Notes: generated by a model not told the origin, from the letters alone. 64,000 nucleotides of DNA from an uncultured Hormoscilla sp. (GCA_963921275.4 OZ001293.3:2016001-2080000), one strand, 5' to 3'. Shown: positions 33,031 through 44,189, counted from the first letter of the stretch. Translations and numbers: made by a program.

Positions 33031-33342
33031 AAACACACAACAGCACCCGGTTCGCCCGACCGATTGACCTCCTCTCTACCGGTGTTTTTAGCTGGAGTTG
33101 CACTGATAACTCAGTTCCCTTGCTCCCACCTCTTTACTATGAGGAAGTTTCCGCCTTTTGCTTGGGTGCTGTTGTGGTTTGACGAGACAGATTTAACTTA
33201 AACAGCTTTTTTTCCTCTTTTCTCTCAACGTGGACTTGGCTGCTTATCTGCCAGGGAAGCTAATGCTTCATGTTTCTACCTTAAACGCTTCTGGGTTCGG
33301 ATGCCAACCCCTTGTAACAATTCTTTACATTTTTCCGATTGT
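33031..33342 (-). ncRNA. Structured ncRNA unit 2
   Basis: Arms 33036-33048/33164-33176; 33140-33331 is nearly identical to 32830-33020, while the loops diverge. Confidence 0.55.
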
Positions 33343-33650
33343 AAAACACAACAGCACCCGGTTTGCCGTGCCGAGTGCTTCCTCTCTAGTGCAATTATCT
33401 CTGGAGATTAACTGACCGACTCACTTTACAGCAGTCAGTTGCAGTTGTCGAGCTGCCCTACTCTACTTGAGGCCATCACTAGGCCCCGCTTGGGTGCTGT
33501 TGGTAGAGACAGATTTTAAGTTAAACAGCCTTTGACATTAACGGTTCTACTGTTACATCTGCCCAGGAAGCTGAAACTGCTTCCTTTTCCCAGTATGGAC
33601 ACTCGATCGCTTGGGGAGCTAGAGATTAAACTAAACTTTACATTTGTTTG
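33343..33650 (-). ncRNA. Structured ncRNA unit 3 (most divergent)
   Basis: Arms 33349-33359/33492-33502; same order of conserved blocks. Confidence 0.5.
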
Positions 33651-33663
33651 ACTGACTTCACGA

Positions 33664-34053
33664 TTAGCAATAGGCTGTTACATCCTCCCCGCATTCATCC
33701 GCCAGATAGCACAGGGCCCGGAAGCGCAGGCCAACCACTTCGTTATAGAGGGGGTTGAGCTTGCACAGGGGCGGAACGTGAAACAGGGTGCGGCCAAAGA
33801 GTTTAATGTCGCGCTCAAAGGGACATTGGGTGGGAATGAACTGGCAGATATAATGGGCCAATTGGGGATTTCTCACTTCTATGCGATCGAGCCATTGCCG
33901 TAGGGGACGCAGCAGATCGAAGGAAGTCTGCTGTTGCCAGTGGGTGGGTGACAGGCTGTATGAAACCTGTTTGCGCAGCCATAACCAACTGGTAAGGGCA
34001 AGATTTTGCATGGTATAATGACAAACACTCATCTTTTTTTTCTTCGTCTCCAT
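33664..34053 (-). CDS. Mo-dependent nitrogenase C-terminal domain (Mo-nitro_C) protein
   Basis: LRPLRQWLD...ICQFIPTQCPFERD...PPLCKLNPLY...LRFRALCYLADECGEDVTAYC. Confidence 0.9.
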   Translation of the reverse strand: METKKKKMSVCHYTMQNLALTSWLWLRKQVSYSLSPTHWQQQTSFDLLRPLRQWLDRIEVRNPQLAHYICQFIPTQCPFERDIKLFGRTLFHVPPLCKLNPLYNEVVGLRFRALCYLADECGEDVTAYC

Positions 34054-34438
34054 TAGGTGCTACTGAGGTAAGACCTGCTATCACATGTAGCAATTTTTTA
34101 CCTTATGCACCCTGAATGTTGGCTGAGTCACACCTCTTTGGTGAACTCATATTTATATTCTGGCTCGGTTAGCTCTGTTTTGAGATGAGAGATCTCACTG
34201 GATTTATGTGCGTGTAGTTCGTTATTATCGTGATGCAATTATGACGTAAGTATGATTTCCCTCACAGTCAAGAGTTCGACCTAAGACTGACTTTACGGCT
34301 TCCCAGGCGCGAAGCTTCGTAGTAAGCACGAAGAGTCTCCGCACGAAACTCAACCGGTGCATCTTATTCTTGGCAGAAGGATGAACGAGAAGCGAGAAAA
34401 TATGATAAAATCGAGCAGAGGTAAGAGAGGAGAAAAAC

Positions 34439-35911
34439 ATGACAGAAAAGAAAAAGGAACTGACAACCAGTTTCGGAATTCCGGTGAGTGACAACCAGAA
34501 TTCTCTGACAGCGGGAAGTCAAGGTCCGATCTTGATGCAAGACTTCCAGCTAATTGAGAAACTGGCTCATTTTAACCGCGAACGCATTCCGGAACGAGTA
34601 GTACATGCGAAGGGTGCGGGGGCCCATGGTTACTTTGAACTAACAGCAGATGTCACCCAATGGACAAAGGCAAAGTTCTTAGATAAGGTGGAAAAACGGA
34701 CGCCAGTGTTCCTGCGTTTCTCGACTGTGGGGGGAGAAAAAGGTTCGGCGGATACGGCCCGGGATCCGCGCTGGTTTGCGGTCAAGTTCTACACGGAGGC
34801 AGGAAATTATGATATCGTCGGGAATAATACGCCGACTTTTTTTATTCGCGACCCGCAGAAGTTCCCGGACTTGATTCACAGTCAAAAACGCAATCCTCAA
34901 ACCAATTGCAAGGATCCTAATGCGGTTTGGGACTTCTTTTCTCTCTCTCCAGAATCACTCCATCAGGTTACCATTTTGTATTCAGACCGGGGTACTCCTA
35001 AGTCCTATCGCCACATGAATGGCTATGGTAGCCATACTTTTAAGTGGATTAATGCTGAGGGGAAGGCGGTTTGGGTTAAGTATCATTTTAAGACTGACCA
35101 GTCCATTGCTAACTTTACTCGGGAAGAAGCAACCCAGATGGCAGGAGTTGATGCTGACTACGCTACGCGAGACCTGTTTGAGGCGATCGCCAATCAGAAC
35201 TACCCCAGTTGGACTGTGAAAGTGCAGATCATGCCTTTAGAAGATGCGGCGACTTACCGCTTCGATCCCTTCGACTTGACGAAGGTCTGGCCCCATAAGG
35301 ACTATCCGATGATTGTGATCGGGAACCTGGTGCTCGATCGCAACCCGGAAAATTACTTTGCGGAAGTAGAACAAGCAGCATTTTCTCCCTCTAACGTAGT
35401 GCCGGGAATCAGCTTTTCTCCAGATAAAATGCTGCAAGGGCGTTTGTTTGCCTATCCGGATGCTCATCGTTACCGTCTGGGTGCAAACTATGCTAACCTG
35501 CCAATCAACTGTCCCCATGCGACTAAGGCGATGAACTATCAGCGGGATGGGGCGATGCGCTTTGATGATAATGGCGGTGCTAGTGTTAACTACGAACCGA
35601 ATAGTTTTGGCGGTCCCACGGAATCACCGGAGTATAAAGAACCCGCTTTTGAGGTTTCGGAGATGGCCGATCGGACCGCATTTGAGCGCAGTGATGACGA
35701 CTTTGTCCAGGCGGGGGAACTTTATCGGATCCTGAGTGCAGAGGAGAAAGCGCGTCTGGTGGATAATATTGTCGATAGCATGAAACCTGTAAAGCGAGAG
35801 ATTCAGTTGCGGCAAATTCCCCATTTCTACAAAGCCGATCCAGATTATGGTACTCGTGTAGCAGAGGGTTTGGGTATTGAGATCAAAGAAGTGCTCAAAT
35901 CAATGAATTGA
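34439..35911 (+). CDS. katA: Monofunctional small-subunit heme catalase
   Basis: [24 protein letters not shown], heme ligand RLFAYPDAH. Confidence 0.93.
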   Translation: MTEKKKELTTSFGIPVSDNQNSLTAGSQGPILMQDFQLIEKLAHFNRERIPERVVHAKGAGAHGYFELTADVTQWTKAKFLDKVEKRTPVFLRFSTVGGEKGSADTARDPRWFAVKFYTEAGNYDIVGNNTPTFFIRDPQKFPDLIHSQKRNPQTNCKDPNAVWDFFSLSPESLHQVTILYSDRGTPKSYRHMNGYGSHTFKWINAEGKAVWVKYHFKTDQSIANFTREEATQMAGVDADYATRDLFEAIANQNYPSWTVKVQIMPLEDAATYRFDPFDLTKVWPHKDYPMIVIGNLVLDRNPENYFAEVEQAAFSPSNVVPGISFSPDKMLQGRLFAYPDAHRYRLGANYANLPINCPHATKAMNYQRDGAMRFDDNGGASVNYEPNSFGGPTESPEYKEPAFEVSEMADRTAFERSDDDFVQAGELYRILSAEEKARLVDNIVDSMKPVKREIQLRQIPHFYKADPDYGTRVAEGLGIEIKEVLKSMN

Positions 35912-36000
35912 TTCGCATCCCTCACCCTAAAGGGTGGGGCTACCCAAACGAAGCCCGCCTGCGCGGGCTTCAAGCCGCACTTTGTCAGGTGCCTAATAAC

Positions 36001-36357
36001 TTATAAATAGGTAACGTTTTTGTTTTTATCAATTTGTATATGTTTTAAACGCTGAAGTTCTGAGACTATTTTTTCCTTCTCTGAATCAGAAATACCGCCT
36101 TGAAACTGGAACATTGAATTTATTGAGTTTAACAGAGAGCGCATCTTACTCGCTTTTAGTTTTTTGAGCCTTTTAATAACATATTGAATTGTTTCCGCAC
36201 TATTTTTGTCAAAATGTTGTTGACTGTTTTCAAGCTGTTTTTGAGGATTTTGATTTTCTTCTTCCTTCCTGGCAAGCTGTATCAACAACTGTGCCAAACG
36301 CAACTTATCCCTATATCCGAGCTGCTCGCATAATTCAGCTATCCGATCGTAAGTCAT
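36001..36357 (-). CDS. Hypothetical protein (AT-rich)
   Basis: 118-aa ORF with a GGAGGAG RBS. Confidence 0.7.
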   Translation of the reverse strand: MTYDRIAELCEQLGYRDKLRLAQLLIQLARKEEENQNPQKQLENSQQHFDKNSAETIQYVIKRLKKLKASKMRSLLNSINSMFQFQGGISDSEKEKIVSELQRLKHIQIDKNKNVTYL

Positions 36358-36966
36358 GACATCTCCTCCATTGTTAACTTACTTAACTACGTTGCGGTGT
36401 CTCCTGGGAGACACCGCCTCAGGCTCGCATCTTCCGTAGGAGCACGTGTATTTTTTTGTAGCTTGTGGGCTGAGAGCCTTGCCTCGTCATAAATTTCAGC
36501 TTGTATGTTGCACCCCCCTGCTATTATACATGAAATTCAGCAGCTTGAGTTGGAAATTTCAGCAAAAATGAGATGCAGTCGTCAATCTTGAGCAAAAAAT
36601 TGTTTCATTCCGCTTCCTTACTCGCGTTGCTGGGCGTGACAGGACATATGTGCCACCGCTGGTTGGGGAGGCGAGAGGACCTCGGTTGTAAAACTGCTCC
36701 ATTGTTCATGGCCTTAGTTCTATCATGAGGGATATCCTGCCTGGTGGACATGAGGCGTGACAGCTACTCAAACCCTGATTTGGAGTCAGCAACAAAATGC
36801 CTCAAACCCTCATGATTGCGTTCTTGAGAACCCCAACTCCGAACTAGGGAACTCCGAACTGGTGAACGGGTGTAGTCAAAACCCGTTGATAAAAATATTG
36901 ATCCCCCAGCCCTCAGATTTTGACCACGGTGAACTCACGTTGGTGGGCGGTGCTGGATGCCATTTT

Positions 36967-37198
36967 AAATATGATTTGCCCCTAAGCAAATATGATTTGC
37001 TTCTGAGCATATATTATTTGTCCCTGAGCCCTGAGCATATATGATTTACCCCTGAACATATATGATTTTTTTCTGAGAATAATATATGATTTGCCTTTGA
37101 GCATATATGATTTGCCTCTGAGCATATATGATTTGCCCCTGAGCAAATATGATTTGTACATTTTAAATCATATTTGCCCCTGAGCAAATATGATTTGC
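36967..37198. repeat. Degenerate 21-22-bp tandem repeat ATATGATTTGCCCCTGAGCA
   Basis: About 10 head-to-tail units with no unique spacers. Confidence 0.85.
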
Positions 37199-37362
37199 GC
37201 CTGCAAATCTATGTAATGATGCGGAGTTTCCCTGGGATCCCCCGACTAGATGCTAGACTTCTCCAGAAGTGCCTCAACTCCTTCAGTACCCTGAAAAAAG
37301 TTCAATTGATGACCGCGAAACAAATGCCGGACGTGATAGCGAGTTGGTGTTGCGGGCAGTAT

Positions 37363-37551
37363 TTACCCTCGGTTAGATAGCAGTGACAGCAAACTTTCAG
37401 GTTTACCGTGATTAACTAACAGATATACTGCTTCCATGAAACTGGTTTTACCAATTTCGTTACTACCAACAATCAAGTTGACTCGCCCTAATCCTGTGAT
37501 GGTAAAATCTTTGAAGCAGCGGTAGTTTTCTATCGTAATATCTCGTAACAT
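37363..37551 (-). pseudogene. AAA/ABC-type ATPase N-terminal fragment
   Basis: IENYRCF...VNLIVGSNEIGKTSFMEA Walker A; stops after 62 aa. Confidence 0.75.
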
Positions 37552-38163
37552 TTCCCCGGTTCTCGTTCTTAGGTTCGTAGTAAGGACTTTAGTCCTTCTG
37601 CGGGTAGGTTGAGCACATTGCCAGTTCGACCCTTACTAGGATGGTCAAACAAATTGGGCAACAAGATATCTAAATAGTAGGACATAATTATTTAAATAAT
37701 TGTCAAATCAATAAGGGTGTGGTCAAAATTCGTTGTTACACGGCTGACGCCGCGCTGCGCGATCGGCCTCGCCGCCCGAACCCTGAAGGGTCCGGCTATA
37801 TGAACAAAGCCCGCCTGCGCGGGCTATATTACACGCATCACCAGATGCACCCATCAACTACTTGTGACCGCACCCAGTCAATAAGGCTAAGGGAGTTCCA
37901 AAAAATAAATTCCCCAATTTTATCGCTGTACCAACTGGTGCATCCAGACTACTGGATAATCTTGGAGGATTATTTACTTGGACTTCCCTATAACCCTTGC
38001 TGTGTGGTAATTTGAAGCTTTCGACTACAAACTACGAACCGCGTAGCGTTGCGAGGTACGAATTATCATGTGCTTAAGCCAGGTTAGGCTGGTAAAACTT
38101 CGATCGTCGAGGGTGAGAAAGCATTGCTCTGGACCGTTGTTCTTGATTTTGGCTGTTTACCCA

Positions 38164-38940
38164 TCAGGTACACAAACATGATAGATAAGTAGGTGAGCAT
38201 TGAGATGCTGGCTTGACAGTTGCCAGGGCTTCCACTAAACTGCGGACAGCAGCAATCATTGCCACTTCGCTATCCAGGCGGTTAACGGCAGAACCGACGC
38301 CGACGCCAGCAGCACCAGCGGCGATCGCCAGGGGTGCGGTAACGCTAGAGATACCGGAAGCACAAAGCACTGGCACTCGGACGGCGCGGGAAATTTCATA
38401 AGCAGCAGCTAAGGTAGGAGCAGCTTTTTCGATCAACCCGAGGGTGCCCGAGTGAGTGGGGGTGCTGCTAGTACCGCCTTCAGTTTGAATGATATCAGCC
38501 CCCGCCTGCACCAAGTCTTCAGCCAGTTGCACCTGTCGATCCAAGGGCAAGATGTGAGGGACCGTAACGGAGAGGGTAATATCAGGAAGGAGCGATCGGG
38601 TTTGGCGAGTCAGCTGCAACACCTCTGGGGCCTCAAACCGCCGTCCTTGAGCATAGAAAGCATCAAAGTTACCAATTTCAATCAAGTCAGCACCAGCGGC
38701 CACCACAGGAGGGAACTTCTCCGGTTCCACAGCGGAGACGCAGACAGGCAAGTTGCCGATCTGACAACACAGGCGCACCAAGTCTGGGTCGGCAGCAATA
38801 TCAACGCAAGTAGCACCGCCCAAGTCAGCCGCCTTGACAGTAGCAGCGACCTTTTGGGGATTAAAATTAGTCAAGCCACTGATAATCTTGAGTACATCGC
38901 CTCGAAGGGCAAAGGCACTCTGGAGTTTGGGATGCATCAT
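38164..38940 (-). CDS. DUF561/Ycf23 family protein
   Basis: LKIISGLTNF, DIAAD, EIGNFD, QTEGG, SGISSVT; start uncertain. Confidence 0.85.
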   Translation of the reverse strand: MMHPKLQSAFALRGDVLKIISGLTNFNPQKVAATVKAADLGGATCVDIAADPDLVRLCCQIGNLPVCVSAVEPEKFPPVVAAGADLIEIGNFDAFYAQGRRFEAPEVLQLTRQTRSLLPDITLSVTVPHILPLDRQVQLAEDLVQAGADIIQTEGGTSSTPTHSGTLGLIEKAAPTLAAAYEISRAVRVPVLCASGISSVTAPLAIAAGAAGVGVGSAVNRLDSEVAMIAAVRSLVEALATVKPASQCSPTYLSCLCT

Positions 38941-39052
38941 GGTTCGTTCAACTGTTTGGTGAAAAACTGCCAGCAATTTAGCTGGCATAGTCCTAAAGTA
39001 GACCTAAAGTAGAATAACTCGAACAGAGTCAGACTTAATTACTAGTTAGCTT

Positions 39053-40866
39053 ATGGAAACAATAGCACGTCAGGATCAGTTACACAATTGGCAACAGAGA
39101 GTACAGCAGGAGTTGCAGTCGCGACTGTCTGCGGATATGCAGGTGTGGTGCAAACTCCAGCAGGAAACCTTGCTAGTTTTGGTGCAACACGGGGCAGAAC
39201 CGGTTGATAGGCAACAAACCTTCTATATCCTACAGCAGGCTCTACTCGCCCAGCCTCTCCCTGCTGTCCGCCAGGTGAGAATGTTCCTGAGAGTGGCTGG
39301 GGAAAAGCAGCCTTATGCCGAGCGAAATTTTACCATTATCTATAAGGTAGAGCCAGGGAGAAAGCAGCAGAACCTTACGGTTATTTTCTTGTCACGTCTA
39401 CAGCAAAGTTACTCATCAAGTCTCGGGACGCCGCGCTGGGGAGTTATATAATTAATCATCTCAAAATCAGTCTGCACAAAGGCTTGAGATTGACAGGCAA
39501 TAATTTGTTAATGCAACAGAAAGTTTTAGCTAAAAAGGATTCGCGATCACGGGGTAGGCAGAAATCACGGCCTACTCAATATAAGTTGCTGTTAGTAGCA
39601 GGGATGGGGATTAGCATTGTATCTTTCCTGGGGGCATTTTATGCTTTAACTCGTCCCTGCGCGATCGTGGGGCGATGCGCGAACATAGAAACAGCCTCGG
39701 AATTAATCTCTTCAGCAGCAGCAACCGCTGAGTCTGAAAAGAATACTGCAGGACTGAAATTAGCCCTAGAAAAATTGGTAACGGCGACCCAGGACTTGGA
39801 AAAGATTCCCCTCTGGTCGGGCCATCACGCTAGAACCCAACAGATGTTAGAGAGTAACCAACTACAGGCGCAGAATTTGGACTTGATGGTCAGGGCGATG
39901 GATAAGGCCATGTCAGCGGCAATTATGAGTCAAGATCTGCCCCATCCTGTGGAAAAATGGCAAGAGATGAAGTTACTCTGGCAGCAGGCGATCGCCCTGC
40001 TATCAATCATAACTCCAGACAGCTACGTGCATGAACTGCGGTCGAAAAAAATTCAGGAATACGGGGCCAACTTGGTGGCGATCGAAAAGCGATTGCAATT
40101 AGAGAAAGAGGCCATTGAACAACTAGAAGCAGCGAAAGAGTTAGCAAGCATTGCTTTAGCGCGTCAGGGAATAGCTCAAACTCTAGAAAATTGGATTCTA
40201 GTGCAAGCAACCTGGTCGGAAGCGGTAAATGGGCTGTCGGCTGTGAACAAAGGGACAATGGCAGTTCTAGAGGCCCAGCAGCTATGGGTAGCATATCAGT
40301 CGGAGTTGGCATCGGCACGCGATCTGCAAACCAGAGAGGAATTTTCTAGTACAACATACCAAGAAGCATTGAGATTAGCGAAAAAAGCCAAAAGCTTCTC
40401 CGAACAGCAGGAATACGGGCAAGCGGTAAGCAACTGGCGTCTAGCCCTCACCTATGCCCAGCAGGTGCCCAAAGACAGCTTTCACTACCCAGTTGCGCAA
40501 CCGCTAATCAGTTTCTACAGTGCTTTCCTAGCAGCAGCGGAAGTCAAATTAAGAGTCGCCCTAGTCTTAAAAACAGCCCGCTCCCATCTATATCGTGCCT
40601 GTTCGGGTATACCAACGATCTGCGAATATAATGTGACTGAAAATTTAATCACAGTGCAGTTGAAACCAGAATATGTCCGCGCGGTGAAAGAGACCTTTAT
40701 CACGGCGAGGAAGAGAGGCGACTACGATACATTAGTAAACATAGACGAACATATGGACAGTTTGCGAGCGGCCCTGCAAGCGATCAGCGATAACGCAGAT
40801 ATTCCCCTAGAACTATACGATCAATACGGTCAATTGAAGGGGTCTTACGTGCCGAATAGATCCTAG
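39053..40866 (+). pseudogene. Cyanobacterial membrane-anchored helical-repeat protein, split into two ORFs (39053-39451, 39484-40866)
   Basis: The second ORF has a TM segment, RPC..G.C and W..A helical repeats but no convincing start; probably a single frameshifted gene. Confidence 0.55.
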
Positions 40867-40973
40867 AACTGCTCCTCAGCCAGAAACCAGGCTTTAAAGT
40901 AATTACCTGGTTTATCAATTCAAAAAAGCGATATAATTGCAGCAGATAGTCAATGAGGAACGCGGTAATATTT

Positions 40974-41374
40974 CGATGTCTTCCGCACGCTCTTGTCCTG
41001 AAGGACATGCGCTGCGCGCACGCTACGCGATCGGCATGCTCCAGACATCGACTCGAGAGCTAATCGATTTAAGAACCAGTATATTAGAGGGGCGTTACAT
41101 GGATGCTTTAGCAATTGTCGATGAGCTAGAGGGAATGAGTAAACAGGCAGTATTGCGCAATATTGAATCATTTTTAATCAGAATGCTGATTCACTTGATT
41201 AAAAACCAAGTAGAAGAGCGATTAACCAATTCTTGGGCAGCTGCAATTAGAGATTCAGTCCGAGAAATTCACAAGCTTAATATCAAAGATAATAAAACAT
41301 CATATTACATAAAGTCAGATGAATTGCAGTCGGCGATCGAGGATGAACTGGAAGGGTCCTGCTCGTCCGCCTAA
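40974..41374 (+). pseudogene. DUF29 family fragment; start codon displaced by a 77-nt family B element (40974-41050), 3' end lost
   Basis: TRELIDLRTSILEGRY...LTNSW matches 60502/61096. Confidence 0.8.
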
Positions 41375-41894
41375 ATCCAAGTCGGGATGGCGAGACAAAT
41401 TAACTATACCGCAAACCTTGCCAGTGCGCTGATTTAGTAATGCCGAACCACTAAACCCAGGTTTCAATTGTCCTTCTTTTAATTTGTACAGAGGTGAATT
41501 GGCTTTGAAACCCTCTCCTTCATACTCTACTGTTGCTGAATCACCGTCGGGATAATCCTTTGGGTAGCCATAGACGTAGAAGCGATCGCCTAATATAGGG
41601 TCTGATGGATCTAAATGAACGCAAGGATGATTAGGAACTTGACCCTCGAATCTCAAAACTGCCCAATCAAGATAAGTTTCTGCTTGAGCATTTCTCAATT
41701 ATTGCTTTGTAGTTCTGATGTTGCCAGAACAAGTCAACAGGCAGGTTCCCAGCCTTTTTTACAGTATGGGCATAGGCAAGGAGCAACCTAGGAGCCACAA
41801 AGAAACCTGTTCCCCGATCGCCTGGTACGCTTAAGCGGAGGGTACATTGCTGCAAGAGTTTGTCTAATGCACTTCCATCTTCTAGATTTAACAA
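41350..41894 (-). pseudogene. Trypsin-like serine protease domain, frameshifted and truncated
   Basis: GTGFFVAP..LLAYAH, DWAVL, PGFSGSALL..TGKVCGIV. Confidence 0.8.
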
Positions 41895-41996
41895 CTGGAT
41901 GCATCTTTTGTAATCTAGCCCGCGCAGGCGGGTCTGGAATGTGTAGCCCTACCCTTTAGGGTTCTGGCGGCGGGGTAGCAGCCTTCCTTTATGGAG

Positions 41997-42295
41997 TTAA
42001 TTGCTCCACTCCAGGGTAATCTCTAGATTACCCTTGCCAGAACCCTTGACAAGCAATGTTGTGAGTTTTCCAGATTCCAAAGTAACTTCTAATCCAAATT
42101 TGATGCTAGCTTTATCAGGTTTGGCTTCCTGCACCACACCTAGCATTTCCTTGGCTACTGCCCTGTATTGTATCTGTGACCTGCTTAAAAGGTCGAGTCC
42201 GGTCTGATACTGGCTGTTCTCCTCTGAGAGTCGCTTCCACACTCATGATCATGCCGTCAGCCAGTTGTAGTGGAATACGTTGTCTGAGGTTCCAT
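41997..42295 (-). pseudogene. Trypco1/CU044_2847-type trypsin-co-occurring protein, frameshifted
   Basis: KPDKASIKFGLEVTLESGKL...GKGNLEITLEW; N-terminal part lies in other frames. Confidence 0.75.
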
Positions 42296-42441
42296 GCGAT
42301 CGCTCCTCGCGTTCTTGTGGTAGATTGTTTCAATGATAAACCTTTTCCTGCTAGTATGAACATCAGGGGCAGAAATCATTCCACAGTCCACCGGTTGACA
42401 GTTGCGATCGCCCATCTACGGACCATGACAGAGCGAACCTC

Positions 42442-43152
42442 CTAATTCAATTCATCGGGGTCTATCCCAAGTTCTTGTAGCCGACTGCGCAACCTTTCAT
42501 ATTTGGCCTCTGCTGCTTCGGCCCGCAGCCTTTCTTGGATCGCTGATTCTGTGGGAGCCGGAACCAACTCCCCCGTTGAAGTCAAAAACCTCAGTTTTTC
42601 TTCTACTATTCCCAAATACAACTCTAGCTGTTCGCTCCACATCCAGCCCCGCTCATTCCGTGCTATTTGCACGTATTCCCTCTCTTGAGAAAGACGAAAT
42701 CCTTGGAACTCCAAGCTATAGGGGTCAAACCAAAAATATTCAGGAGTGGAGAATACATTCTGGTATATTTCTCTCTTGGTAACCCTATCCGTTTCGGCAG
42801 TTGAGTCGGATAGCATTTCTATAATCAAATTTGGATACTTGCCATCTTCTTCCCACACTACCCAACTTGTACGCTCTCTGAACTCCGTGTCCAATACTAC
42901 GAAAAAATCCGGTCCCCGGAACTCCTCGTTCCGGCGATGACTACTACTGTAATATATCGTCAAATTGCCTGCTGCAAAGAAATTGTTCCGTCGCTCTGGC
43001 GGGGCCTCCGGGCGATCGCGCCACCACCACTCCAGGCACAACAGTAACAGGATGATTTGTTTGAGATGGCGATATGTTTCCAAGGGCGGTTCATCACTCA
43101 AAAGTAACTTTTGCCGATATTTTAGTACATCGGGCTTGCTGCTTGCAACCAT
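42442..43152 (-). CDS. Uma2-family putative endonuclease
   Basis: SDEPPLE, GPDFFVV, IIEMLS, EYFWFDP. Confidence 0.9.
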   Translation of the reverse strand: MVASSKPDVLKYRQKLLLSDEPPLETYRHLKQIILLLLCLEWWWRDRPEAPPERRNNFFAAGNLTIYYSSSHRRNEEFRGPDFFVVLDTEFRERTSWVVWEEDGKYPNLIIEMLSDSTAETDRVTKREIYQNVFSTPEYFWFDPYSLEFQGFRLSQEREYVQIARNERGWMWSEQLELYLGIVEEKLRFLTSTGELVPAPTESAIQERLRAEAAEAKYERLRSRLQELGIDPDELN

Positions 43153-43273
43153 AGCTCTATCAACTCCTTACTCCTATCTCTAGTCTAGCAAAAGATTGGC
43201 CCTCCGTAGTCATATTCTCTTCTGGGAGCGCGGACCATTGACCAGGGCATTTCCAACAGGCGGCGATCGCCTC

Positions 43274-44068
43274 CTAATTCAATTCATCAGGGTCTATCCC
43301 AAGTTCTTGTAGCCGACTGCGCAACATTTCTAATTGGGCCTCTGCTGTATCGGCCCGTTGGCATTCTGCATCGGCCCGTTGGCGTTCTGCATCGGCCCGT
43401 TGACGTTCTGCTTCGGCCCGTTGGCGTTCTGCTTCTTTCTGTAGCCTTTCTTGGATCGCTGATTCTGTGGGAGCCGGAACCAACTCCTCCGTTGAAGTCA
43501 AAAACCTCAGTTTTTCTTCTACTATTCCCAAATACAACTCTAGCTGTTCGCTCCACATCCAGCCCCGCTCATTCCGTGCTATTTGCACGTATTCCCTCTC
43601 TTGAGAAAGACGAAATCCTTGGAACTCCAAGCTATAGGGGTCAAACCAAAAATATTCAGGAGTGGAGAATACATTCTGGTATATTTCTCTCTTGGTAACC
43701 CTATCCGTTTCGGCAGTTGAGTCGGATAGCATTTCTATAATCAAATTTGGATACTTGCCATCTTCTTCCCACACTACCCAACTTGTACGCTCTCTGAACT
43801 CCGTGTCCAATACTACGAAAAAATCCGGTCCCCGGAACTCCTCGTTCCGGCGATGACTACTACTGTAATATATCGTCAAATTGCCTGCTGCAAAGAAATT
43901 GTTCCGTCGCTCTGGCGGGGCCTCCGGGCGATCGCGCCACCACCACTCCAGGCACAACAGTAACAGGATGATTTGTTTGAGATGGCGATATGTTTCCAAG
44001 GGCGGTTCATCACTCAAAAGTAACTTTTGCCGATATTTTAGTACATCGGGCTTGCTGCTTGCAACCAT
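43274..44068 (-). CDS. Uma2-family putative endonuclease (tandem copy)
   Basis: Nearly identical to 42442-43152, with extra ERQRA heptads. Confidence 0.9.
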   Translation of the reverse strand: MVASSKPDVLKYRQKLLLSDEPPLETYRHLKQIILLLLCLEWWWRDRPEAPPERRNNFFAAGNLTIYYSSSHRRNEEFRGPDFFVVLDTEFRERTSWVVWEEDGKYPNLIIEMLSDSTAETDRVTKREIYQNVFSTPEYFWFDPYSLEFQGFRLSQEREYVQIARNERGWMWSEQLELYLGIVEEKLRFLTSTEELVPAPTESAIQERLQKEAERQRAEAERQRADAERQRADAECQRADTAEAQLEMLRSRLQELGIDPDELN

Positions 44069-44189
44069 AGCTCTATCAACTCCTTACTCCTATCTCTAGT
44101 CTAGCAAAAGATTGGCCCTCCGTAGTCATATTCTCTCCTGGGAGCGCGGACCATTGACCAGGGCATTTCCAACAGGCGGCGATCGCCTC

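Noticed and set aside
32691..33650. Retron, CRISPR or IS110 bridge-RNA locus
   Set aside because: The enclosing inverted repeats and internal loops are suggestive, but there is no reverse transcriptase, Cas or IS110 recombinase in the window. Kept only as an unassigned structured RNA array.
33664..34053. Evidence of nitrogen fixation
   Set aside because: The Mo-nitro_C domain name does not imply nitrogenase activity; no nif genes are present.
36967..37198. CRISPR array
   Set aside because: Units are head-to-tail with no unique spacers, and there are no cas genes.
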